64,000 bases of DNA, taken from contig OZ218961.1 of NCBI GenBank assembly GCA_965112735.1, positions 1,178,001-1,242,000 on the forward strand. The letters are read 5' to 3'. Under the pieces are notes generated by a model. It worked only from the letters and a program-made list of their open reading frames with translations, was not told the DNA's origin and did no database searches. How positions within the stretch are numbered: the first letter of the stretch is position 1; each line of letters starts with the position of its first letter. This stretch comes from Phaeosaccion multiseriatum (Eukaryota > Protista > Ochrophyta, other classes). The position numbers and the translations under genes were made by a program. Below, one piece after another: positions 13,687 to 24,354 of this stretch.

Positions 13687-14715
13687 CTGCCAAGGGGTGG
13701 GGAGGGACAGATGGCAGTAGATGGGCTGATAGAAGGATGGTGATGTGCACAGAGAGCATAGAGAGCACAGGGAGAGACAGGACAGATGAGAGGAGATGAG
13801 ACGACATGCACATACCCCACCCACCCACGCACCGACGCACTCGCCCACCCACCCGCCGACCCACCAAACCAACCCAACATTTGCAAAGTGCATCCACCCT
13901 TGGCTGCTTGCTGGCTCCACTCTTCCGTCCCCAGGGCCCCAGCCAGCCTCCCAGCGAACATCACCCGCAGGTACTCCTCTCCCCCTCCTTCCTACTTGTT
14001 TCTTTGTGTCCTCCTGTCGTACCTCTTGAGCTGGCGGCCGTGAGGCGACTTGCTGTCGTTGTACCTCGCTCCGAGCAAGGTGCCACGGAAGACACGTTTC
14101 TTGTCCTCTTCCTCGCTCATCCTCCTCCTCCGCTGGAGCCTCTGCTGCTGCTGGCTGCTACTCAGGTGGCTTTGCATCACTCCCGCTGCTGCATCGCCTC
14201 CGGGGAGAGGCCGGCGAGAGTGACCGCTTGCGAAGAGGAGACCGCGGCACTCCTCGCGTCTCTGCCTGGAGACAGACGCGGCGAATGCGGAGAGGCTGCT
14301 GCTAACGGAGCTGCTGCCTCGGCTTTTCCTGTTGTCGTCCCTGTCAGGCTCAGACTCTCTGGACCAAGGGGAGGAGGTCTGCGGGAACCCATGATGTGTG
14401 CCTGTTGCTTCTTTCCAGGCCCCACCGCTTTTCTGTACTTTTGGGAGATCTACAATGTATCGTTTTGGGAGGGATTATCTGGGAGGCGGCGAAATTTTTT
14501 TGAACCAACCGTAATAAGTCAAGGAAGGCTTGGAGGCCTTCCTTCCCCCCGTGCTATTTCCCCATCCACCTTCCCCCGTGAGCATTGTGAGCACACGGCG
14601 AACAACCTCCCTTCCAACCCCTCGCCCTACTGCCCCGCTCTCTGCTCGTTTGGGTGAGTTTTCCGTCGACAGAGGAATTTAGTCGGTGAATATGCGGAGA
14701 GAGAAGAAGAAAGAC

Positions 14716-16407
14716 ATGGAGGCGGGAAAGAGACGAGTAGCAGCCGAGACCTTCCCATCTGGGGCTTCAAAGCGGCGCTCAGAAGGTTCTAATGACTGGG
14801 ATGGAGTGGAGGTGCTGACTGTGGTTGCTGCCAATAGGGGGTCTCTCGAGAGTCTGTGGGGCCTGTGCAGAGAGGTGGATGCAGTAGCGGGGAGGCGACT
14901 TGTTCTACACAAAGAAGTACCAAAAGCTGTGCAGGAGAGAATGCTACAGATGCTCGAGCATCGGCAACGGTTTGAGCTCGCGCAGTCGGAAGAAGGGGCA
15001 TCATCTGCTCCTGACGAGGGGCAGAGCCAAGGCCTCCAGGAGGAGCAGCAGGAAGGAGGAGGTAACATCCAGAGGAAATGGTTTCGGGTCATCGCTGTGA
15101 GCCTGGGTGTCCCCAATCTGTCTTATACCAGGCCATCTGATGAAGCGAAGAAGCCGGACATTGCCGTTGCTCAGGAAGGGCTGAGAGTGCTCCCTCCCTC
15201 GGTGAAGCACGTTCGCTTGGGAGATGATATCAACTGTCGTGGCCTGCGTCTTCCTGACTGGCTGGAGAGTGTACATTTTGGAGAATGGTTTTCCGAAGAG
15301 GTCAAACTTCCGCACGCCTTGAGAGAATTGAGCTTCCATCCTGAGTCCGAATACAATCGTCCTTTGGACCTCCCCCCATCGCTGCAGAAGATCACGGTTG
15401 GGTGGAGGTATACACAACAGACAGATTTCAGTCTGCTGGACGGGCTTACGGAGCTGAGATTTTGCGATGACTCGAGGCTTAATTATCCGTTGATCCTGCC
15501 TGCCACTCTTCGGACTCTGGAGCTGGGGTGTAAGTATACCCAGCCCCTATCGGATCTGCCGGACGGGCTGGAGGAGCTGAAATTTGCACGGTACTCCGCG
15601 TTCAATCATCCGTTAACCCTGCCTGCCTCTCTTCGGACTCTGCAGCTGGGACGGTACTACACGCTGCCCCTATCGGATCTGCCGGACGGGCTGAAAGAGC
15701 TGAAATTTCTCTTTGGCTCGGAGTTCAATCATCCATTAACCCTGCCTGCCACTCTTCGGACTCTGGAGCTGGGAACGCAGTATAACCAGCCGCTACCAGA
15801 TCTGCCGGACGGGATGAAGGAGCTGAAATTTGCCTTTGACACGGAGTTTAATCATCCGTTCACCGTGCCTGCCTCTCTTCGGACTCTGGTGCTGGGAGGG
15901 GAGTATAACCAGCCTCTATCGGATCTACCGGACGGGCTGAAGGAGCTGAAGTTTGCCTGGAAGTCCGCGTTCAATCATCCATTGGCCCTGCCTGCCTCTC
16001 TTCGGACTCTGCAGCTGGGAAAGGAGTATAACCAGCCCCTATCGGATCTGCCGGACGGGCTGAAGGAGCTGACATTTGACTATGGCTCGAGGTTTGATCA
16101 TCCGTTAACCCTGCCTGCCACTATTCGGACTCTGGAGCTGGGAAAGGAGTATAACCAGCCCCTATCGGATCTACCGGACGGGCTGGAGGAGCTGAGATTT
16201 GACTATGGCTCGAGGTTTAATCATCCGTTAACCCTGCCTGCCTCTCTTCGGACTCTGGAGCTGGGAAAGGGGTTTCACCAGCCCCTATCGGATCTGCCTG
16301 CAGGTCTGGAGCGACTCGAGGTTTGGGAGGGATACGAGCTCCCTGCTCAGCTGCCCGAGGACCTTGAAGTGGAGTTCTTCGAAAGGCCTTGCAGTGAGGA
16401 TGATTGA
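14716..16407 (+). CDS. Intronless FNIP/LRR-type repeat protein copy B (7 x 41-aa modules)
   Basis: Intact ORF. The module LPDGLKELKFxxxSxFNHPLT-LPASLRTLxLGxxYNQPLSD fits the FNIP (FNQPL..LP.SL..L.FG) repeat consensus. Confidence 0.85.
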   Translation: MEAGKRRVAAETFPSGASKRRSEGSNDWDGVEVLTVVAANRGSLESLWGLCREVDAVAGRRLVLHKEVPKAVQERMLQMLEHRQRFELAQSEEGASSAPDEGQSQGLQEEQQEGGGNIQRKWFRVIAVSLGVPNLSYTRPSDEAKKPDIAVAQEGLRVLPPSVKHVRLGDDINCRGLRLPDWLESVHFGEWFSEEVKLPHALRELSFHPESEYNRPLDLPPSLQKITVGWRYTQQTDFSLLDGLTELRFCDDSRLNYPLILPATLRTLELGCKYTQPLSDLPDGLEELKFARYSAFNHPLTLPASLRTLQLGRYYTLPLSDLPDGLKELKFLFGSEFNHPLTLPATLRTLELGTQYNQPLPDLPDGMKELKFAFDTEFNHPFTVPASLRTLVLGGEYNQPLSDLPDGLKELKFAWKSAFNHPLALPASLRTLQLGKEYNQPLSDLPDGLKELTFDYGSRFDHPLTLPATIRTLELGKEYNQPLSDLPDGLEELRFDYGSRFNHPLTLPASLRTLELGKGFHQPLSDLPAGLERLEVWEGYELPAQLPEDLEVEFFERPCSEDD

Positions 16408-17438
16408 GTAGAAGGGTTTCTATCGCAGGAAGCGCGACGAATACGATCGTGAGGATGAGGGCTCCGAGGAGGAAGAGTACTAAAGTCAAGCGGGACATGC
16501 TCATGGTGATGAAGACGAGTCGAGGAGATGAGGTGACTGTAGCCCAGCTACGGTGTCAAGGAGTGGTCGCACTGTATGGACCGGCGCTTTGGCGGAGTTG
16601 GCGGAGTCTTGATGGATGGGTGTGACGAGCCCTCTGGGATCTGAAGAGGCCAAAGTTAGCGACGCAGAAGCGCTCTGGGCTGTGGCTGTGGCGTCCGAAA
16701 AGAAACGGCCCACAAAGGCGGTTATACAATGGTTACAGATTTGAGACAGCAAGTAACACACGCCACACATATATAGCGTTATCGGCGGGGCTCGCAGTGA
16801 GAGATAAGAGGAGTCTGATCTAGCCACCTCCCATTGCAAATTCAAGTGAAGCTTGTGTGAAAAAGCGACTGGGGATATATGTGCATATATATAACGAGTA
16901 GAGTTCAAAGCATGTCGAAATTACAAAAGCGAAGGCAGCCAAGCCGTGCTTGCTCTGTTCGCTCCTCCCCCCTTCCTTGGCTTGTTGCCATTCCTATCAG
17001 TACCCATCACAGTCCATTCCTCCCATTACCCATCCCTGTCCAGCTCAGCCATCAGACTGGCTGGCTGCTCCTCGCCGGACTGTTTCTCACTGGACTGTTC
17101 CTGTAAGGGCAGAAGCGAGGGCCCCACTCCCCCACTCACTCCTGCACTCACACACCGCCACCGCCACACACCCGCCGAAACCATTCAATGGTCCCATACT
17201 CGCATATTCCCTCCCTCCCTCCCGCCCTTGAAGAAATACACTCTCGCCTCGCCTCTGCTCCTTCCCCCCTCTCGAACCTTCAGCGCACTCCGGTCTCTGG
17301 CTCCTACTGGCGACAGGTCCTCACTACTGCTGCTATTACTCCGCTGCTTCTGCTGCTGCCGAGACTCCCTCCTAACCCATACACCTACAGCTGCCCCATA
17401 TACCTATCTACGGCTGCCCCCTCCCCTCCCTCCACCAC

Positions 17439-20156
17439 TTAGCACACCCGGTTGGTCTTCTCTCCGCTGAGGCGGTGCGTTGCGTCCGATCCAAGTGAGT
17501 GGAGCCGCCCAAGGTCCTTGCTCGCGGCGGCGGCGCCGCTCTCCTGCACCCCCTTGGGTTTCTTCCTCGCCTGCCAATGGGGGTGGTGTTGTGGGTGGAA
17601 AGTGTGTTTGTGTGTGTGTGAGAGAGAGAGAGAGAGACAGAGAGAGTGAGAGAGAGAGTGCGTGTCTATGGCTGTGTCTGTGTGCCGTTGTGCGCGTGCG
17701 TGTGTGTGTGTGCGTGTGTGTGTGTGTGTGTCCAGAGCCGACCTGTGCACAAGGCAAGGCGAACCCGCGAAGCAAACAACCCGGGCGTAGACTTCGCACT
17801 CAAATACGCTCACACGCACACATGCACGCGCCCTCGCACGCACGCACGCACGTACACACACAAGCACGCACACACACACGCACTCACGGACGCACGCACG
17901 CGCTCACATACGCATGGACGCACGCACGCGCACGCACTCACGCACGCACGCACGCACCGGCGTCTCCAGCTGGAGGGGAGTGGTGGGGTGCTGCTGGAAG
18001 AAGGAGAAGGCGGCGAGGATGTCGCTCATCAACATTTCCGCCAAGTCACGCGAGAAGCTCTCCTTCACCACCACCCGCATGATGGCCTGGGGGGAGGAGG
18101 GGGTGAATGGGTATGAGTGAGTGAGGAGAGGCAGCGAGAGGGAGGGAGGGAGGGAGGGAGGAGAGAGGGACAGGGAGGGAAGGAAGGAGGGAAGGTCAGT
18201 TGCGTCAGGGTGCTGGATGAAAGTAGAGCACTCATGACACGAAGCTCTGAGCACCATGACCGGCTCATGCCATGCCCTGTGGAGAGTCCTCTTGCGCCTT
18301 CGCCTTCGCCCACCCTCTCATCCACACCCAGACGCGCACCCACGCCCTCACGCACCCACGCACCCACGCACTCACGCACCCACGCACAAACACACACCAT
18401 GTCAGTGGCGCCCTGTGGGCACGTGCAGGCCGGCACTATCCAGCCCTTGTTGCGAAGCTTGTCCTGGAGGTCGAATGCGCTGCAGTTGGCGCCAGTGGTG
18501 AGACTCCACGCCACCACGGGGATGTGCGCCTTCTCCACGATGGTCACCATGCCCTGAGGGGTAAGACAGAGGGAGGGAGGGAGGGAGGGAGGGGGTGGTT
18601 CGCATCCAGTACTTATGTTGTAAGTCAAGCCATCCAATGCAATCCTTTGAAGGGAGTTTTTGTGTGCTCACCGTCTTGACGAGCGACGAGCGCAAGAACT
18701 CGGCATTCTCCTGAGTGCGGCGCGTCGCAGCGGCGGGCAAGGGGAGAGGAGCGTAAAGGGAGGGCAAAGTCGTGGGTGAGAAGCAAGTGGAGGGGCGGTG
18801 GGCAACAAAGAGGAGGGGCAAAGGCATGATTGGAGCTGCTCACTCACCCACACACTCAATCGCTCATCACTCGCTCAATCGCTCGCTCAATCACTCACCC
18901 ATGCACTCACTCACTCACCCACTCACCCACTCACCCACTCACCCACTCACCCACTCGCTCAATCACTCGCTCAATCACTCACGCATGCACTCACGCATGC
19001 ACTCACTCACTCACTCACTCACTCACTCACCCACTCACCCACTCACTCACTCACTCACTCACACTCACCCACCCACACACCCGCTCACCCACTCACAGTC
19101 ACTCACTATCTCACTCACTCACTCACTATCTCACTCACTCACTCACTCACTCACCCACCCACTTACCATACAGTTACGCTGATCATATCACGAGAAGAAG
19201 AACAGAAGAGCCCCGCCACCGGTAGCGAGAGAAGCGACAGACAGAGGGAGAGTAACAAGCGACCGGTGAAGGTGCGACACAAGTGAACAGGAGGGAGGGG
19301 TGGTGAGCGACAGGAATGGTCTGGAGGGATTGACCGACCTCCACTGAAAGTCAGGCAAGAAGGAGCCTTTACCTCCACTCGCTTGAGCTGATAATGCCAC
19401 CAAAGCAGCTCAGTTAAGCGAAGAGCGAAAGAGAGAGTGGAGGAGCTGTGAGGGGCGTGAAACTGTATGCTATGCAGAGTACTGTTGGCCCTGGCACAAG
19501 CAGGTCGGTTTCTAGTAGTCGTGCTGGGCAGTCGTACGGGTAGTGGGCGTCGCCACCACAGACGGCAAAGTTGACTGCACCGTTGTAGTCTTAATTACGT
19601 CTCGACAGCACAAGAATGGGCGTAAGTAAGCAAGTAAGTATTGAGTGGTGTCAGGACGTACCATGACTTGGAAATACCCGGACTTGCCCAAGCCTTTCAT
19701 GGAAGTCGACGCAGCACAGATATAGCACAGCACAGCACAGCAGTTGGTGATACAGCACGGAGGGACAGGTATGTAGGGCCGCAGAGCAAGAGACGAAACG
19801 CACACGCAACAAGCGCGTAGAGAGGGAGAGAGAGAGAGATGAGGACAAGGAGAAGAGAGGGGGGAAGACAAGGGGGAAAGCTTCGAGTGGGGTCCGAGGA
19901 CCATCGCGCTTCACAGGACCTCGGCTCGGAAACTGCAACTCGCCACTTCCATCCAGTGCCATCCAGCGTTGCCCTCTGACACTCCGTACTGACTGACCGA
20001 CTCTTTGGTACTCAGGAATTCACTCGCTTACTCGCTCACGCACTCCCTCAGTCAGTGAGTCATTCAGTCCGTCACTGACTTACCGGATGAAGTTGGAATG
20101 TTGCCGGAGCTTTTAGAGAAATTGAGCGTGAGGGACGCCTGGTCACCTCCCAGCCA
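17439..20156 (-). pseudogene. GAD: Glutamate decarboxylase 3' remnant, copy B
   Basis: Same exons as copy A; a net 13-nt deletion removes MVAQYY and shifts the frame. Confidence 0.85.
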
Positions 20157-20348
20157 CTGCCAAGGGGTGGGGAGGGACAGATGGCAGTAGATGGGCGGAT
20201 AGAAGGATGGTGATGTGCACAGAGAGCATAGAGAGCACAGGGAGAGACAGGACAGACGAGAGGAGATGAGACGACTTGCACATACCCCACCCACCCACGC
20301 ACCGACGCACTCGCCCACCCACCCGCCGACCCACCAAACCAACCCAAC

Positions 20349-21354
20349 ATTTGCAACGACCTTGCTGGCCTCCACAAGATTGAAGTCGTCGGGGTGGTAG
20401 AGAGACTTGCAAATGAGCATGTTAAGGTGTAGCACATGGGCCTTGAGGCGATGCGCACTTTCGTCCTTGGAGGACTCTGGAAAGGCATCCCAGAACCTCT
20501 GTAATCACTAACCCAATGATGCACGCCCCCAAGGAGAGGGAGGACGGATGGGGAGTTGATAATAGAGCAAATGCCATGGTAGATAGAGGGTGACGGTAGA
20601 CTCAAAGGGGCTGTGCACCACGTGAGCGACACACAGAAGCACCACCCTGCAGGGGACACAGCCAGATACACACACCTGCACGCCCGTCTGCACACCCGTA
20701 CGCACACACTCGCACACACGCACCACGCGCGCATGTACACGCACGCGCACACACGCTTTCGCACCTGCAGCTGCTCCATAACAAGCGGGTCGTGCCTGAG
20801 CTTCTCCTTCTCTCGCTTGCAGTACGGGTGGTCAAAGGCGACATTGCCTTCGTCTCGAAGGCCTGTGCGAGGAGATGAAGAAGAGAAGATGTGCAGCAAG
20901 GAGGAAAGAGAAACGGAACCCTTGGCTGCTTGCCGGCTCCACTCTTCCGTCCCCAGCCAGGGCCCCAGCCAGCCTCCCAGCGAACCTCACACGCAGGTAC
21001 TCCTCTCCCCCTCCTTCCTACTTGTTTCTTTGTGTCCTCCTGTCGTACCTCTTGAGCTGGCGGCCGTGAGGCGACTTGCTGTCGTTGTACCTCCGAGCAA
21101 GGTGACACGTTTCTCGTCCTCTTCCTCCTCCTCCTCCTCCTCCTCCTCCGCTTGAGCCTCTGCTGCTGTGGCTGCTGCTCAGGTGGCTTTGCATCACTCC
21201 CGCTGCTGCATCGCCTCCGGGGAGAGGCCGGCGAGAGTGACCGCTTGCGAAGAGGCTGCTGCTGCTAACGGAGCTGCTGCCTCGGCTTTCCCTGTTGTCG
21301 TCCCTGTCAGGCTCAGACTCTCTGGACCAAGGGGAGGATGTCTGCGGGAACCCA
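20349..21354 (-). pseudogene. 5' fragment of an unrelated spliced gene (gene X, possibly EF-hand-like) abutting the GAD remnant
   Basis: Exons 20862-20765 (GLRDEGNVAFDHPYCKREKEKLRHDPLVMEQLQ) and 20498-20349 (RFWDAFPESSKDES..LNMLICKSLYHPDDFNLVEASKVVAN) have GT/AG ends and are in phase. The first exon has stops, and these two exons are deleted in copy A at ~13890. Confidence 0.55.
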
Positions 21355-21456
21355 TGATGTGTGCCTGTTGGTTCTTTCCAAGACCCCACCCCAACCTCAG
21401 CAGCTTTTCTTTACTTTTGGGAGGCGGCGAAATCGTAAGTCAAGGAAGGCGTGGAG

Positions 21457-24174
21457 CCCTTGTATGTCAATTAACCGCCCTGGATGTCAGTAGAATCAAC
21501 ATTTTGAGTGGGCTCAGGAAAAGAGGTATTACGCACGCTACAGAGCACCACAGGCGAAGCGCTTCGGGAGATCTGAGGAAAAGACAGTATTCTAGATGTT
21601 GAGCAGCTTCAAGTCTGATTGTTGCGTCTGTATAGAGCGATTTAGGAGGTGAAATGTGCTGCTATGTTGACGAGATCTTTGGCCCTGAACAAGGGAGAAA
21701 GAGAGAGGCGTAGCTCACACAAGAGGTGATAATCTTCGGGCTGAATACGGATTATGTAGTCAAATAGCCGATGTGAAGCTGGGAGCGCGGTCTTAGGAGA
21801 TAGTGGGCTAACATGTGGAGCTGAAATGTCCGTTGCTTTGGCGGGAATTTGGGCCTCAAACAAGGGGGGAGTGGGGGAAGAGCGTGTGCGAGCAAGAGCC
21901 CATGAGGGAGGAATGGCTTTGAGCAGACTGCGACCCACATATGGAAGTCGACGTTGAGCAGCTAAGAGTGCGATTGCAGGTGCTGTGGAGCAGAAGGGGT
22001 GAGGCGAGATGGAAACACCTATGGCAGCAGTTTTCACCTCAAAAATGGTGAGGAGAGGGAGGAGCGTGTGCGACCAGCAGACCACGAGATATGAAACCCT
22101 TGAGAAGACTTGAGGGATACATAGTCTGCTGAGTGCTGGGCAGCTCGAAGTGTCCTTTCAGGAGCTACAGAGTGAGGGAGAGAATTTACAAGTGTGAAGG
22201 GCCCCTTTTCGTCGTCATCCTGACCCTCGATCGAGGGGGAAGAGAGGGTATGACGATAGATATGGGCCAGATACAACGCGAGGATATACCTCATGACCAT
22301 GCGCCGATTTGGTACTCTTTACATGCTCTCCTTGGCGAGGATGCGATTTACAACGCTATCTATGTGTATATTCGTCATTTTAACCCAATTTCACGGATGG
22401 GCAGCTCCAACTGTACACACACTGCCCCTCCTCCCCTTATCGGTGCTGCTACGGCTACTACTACTATAGATGCTGCACGAGGCTCCGTCTTACCTGCGAA
22501 ATCCGTCTCGGTAGCCCGCCAAGCCCTCCTCTGGCAGCTCCTAACCCCCCTGCCACGGCCTCCACCCCACTTTCTCTGCATACAGAGCGGTCAGCGACTT
22601 GAGTATGGCCTTGCGGCCCATCGCCCTGTCGCCCCTGAGTCACAATCGCTTCTCGACCATGTGCCACGACGAGCACCACCACCCACAGCAACAGCACGCT
22701 ACCTCCCCCCCCCCCCTTCTCCGGCTCAGCTCCCATGGCCGCCTCGGCTGCCGATGGCGCGTCCAGCTGCCGCTTGATTGAGCTTCTCTCACTCGTGGCT
22801 GGGAGGCTAGAGTACGAGCACGCGCATCCGCAGTAGCCAGGAGGAGCTGCAGCTGATCGTGCAGCAACGGCGTCCCCCGGGGTGGACGACGAGGCGGATA
22901 AGCTTGACTTCTATCTGGACGCCTGCTTCTCTTCCCCCCGCTCGTCTGGCCACTGCCGCTCGTGAACCCCTTGCTCCTTACCTTCTCGCTCCCTGAAGAG
23001 AGGCAGGATGGTAGCCGCAGTCGTTCTCCTGCCCCGGTAATGACCCTCGTGATGACCTAACCGAAGGGGCCAAAATTAGGGAGGTGGACACGAGGTGATT
23101 TCCCATGTCTGGTTAAGCTCGCTGAAGCTGAAAGTTGGACATCTGACAACTCACACACTAGATGCCACAACATACCTTGTGTCGCCCTTGACTCTGCCGG
23201 GAAGGTTCCTTCCCTTTCCTCTCCACCCTCATACTTCGCCACCTGTGCAGTGACCTCGGGAGAAGATGTCGAAGTCCCCCCGATAGCCCCACCACCCACG
23301 TCCCGCAATAACAGGGGGCAGGGGAGTTAGTATTACGCCCCTTAAGCAAGACCGATGCTCTGACAGGGCGTGGGATCGGCTGCTCATGACCTCACAAAAA
23401 GGACCCTTCAAAGGCAAAAGAGAGAAGAGCACACGTATGCGATTGTGCACATGGGATTATGACCTTTGAAGCTAAAACTTGGTCACAAGCCAGGCTATAT
23501 ATGAGTGATGTTAATCCCTCTTGCCCCGCTCGTAACTGCCAGGCGAAGCCTTCCATCTCACGCCCTCTCCCCCTCTCGTGTGCCCTCACCTTTTCGGCCA
23601 CCTCGGGTGACGACCTGCCATAGACCTCTTGCCCCCCGCCCATGGACAGCAGCGGTACGGGGGTCATCAGACGTGTCCTGCGGACGAGATGACGCCCTCA
23701 TGGGCCCTGAAAATCGGTAGAATAGAGCAGTGTCCACGTCTCAGAGACATCCAACTGTGAAGGTGGAGTACCCTAACTTCAGGGGCAAAAGTGCCGACGA
23801 GCTGGAGGCGGAAGAGCATGCGACGCATATGAAAAGTTTCGCATACTCCTGGAGAAGAGATCCTATCTTGCCCACGGCTGATCTCTATGGGTATACCCCC
23901 CTCCGTCCTCTCTCTCTCTCGAAACCAAGGTTGGCGAAAAACGCACCTTTGCCGCTCACTCGCTAGTTCTTGCCACAAAGCTGCTGTGAGCACGCTCTCA
24001 GCTGCCTAATCCCGAGTTCACTGTGTTTTCCTCAAGCTTGCGCAAGCGCTTCGTCTGGGATAGTCCTTGTATCTAGTATTCATCTCCTCCCTCACGCGCC
24101 CCAGCCGATGAAAAAAAATTGACTAAAAATTTCGGTCCTACTGACATCCAGGGCGGTTAATTGACATACAAGGG
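21457..24174. mobile_element. 2718-bp non-autonomous DNA transposon with 37-bp perfect terminal inverted repeats
   Basis: CCCTTGTATGTCAATTAACCGCCCTGGATGTCAGTAG at 21457-21493, with its exact reverse complement at 24138-24174. The flanks rejoin to match the empty site at ~14520-14560. No transposase recognised. Confidence 0.88.
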
Positions 24175-24354
24175 GGCCGGCGCCTTCCCCCCGAACTATT
24201 TCCCCATCCTCCTTCCCCCGTCATTGTGAGCACACGGCGGACAACCTCCCTTCCAACCCCTCGCCCTACCTTCCCCGCTCTCTGCTTGTTTGGGTGAGTT
24301 TTGCGTCGACAGAGGAATTTATTCGGTGAATAGGCGGAGAGAGAAGAAGAAAGA

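Noticed and set aside
22133-22777. Possible transposase inside the TIR element
   Set aside because: No DDE or other recognisable motif, and surrounding frames are full of stops.
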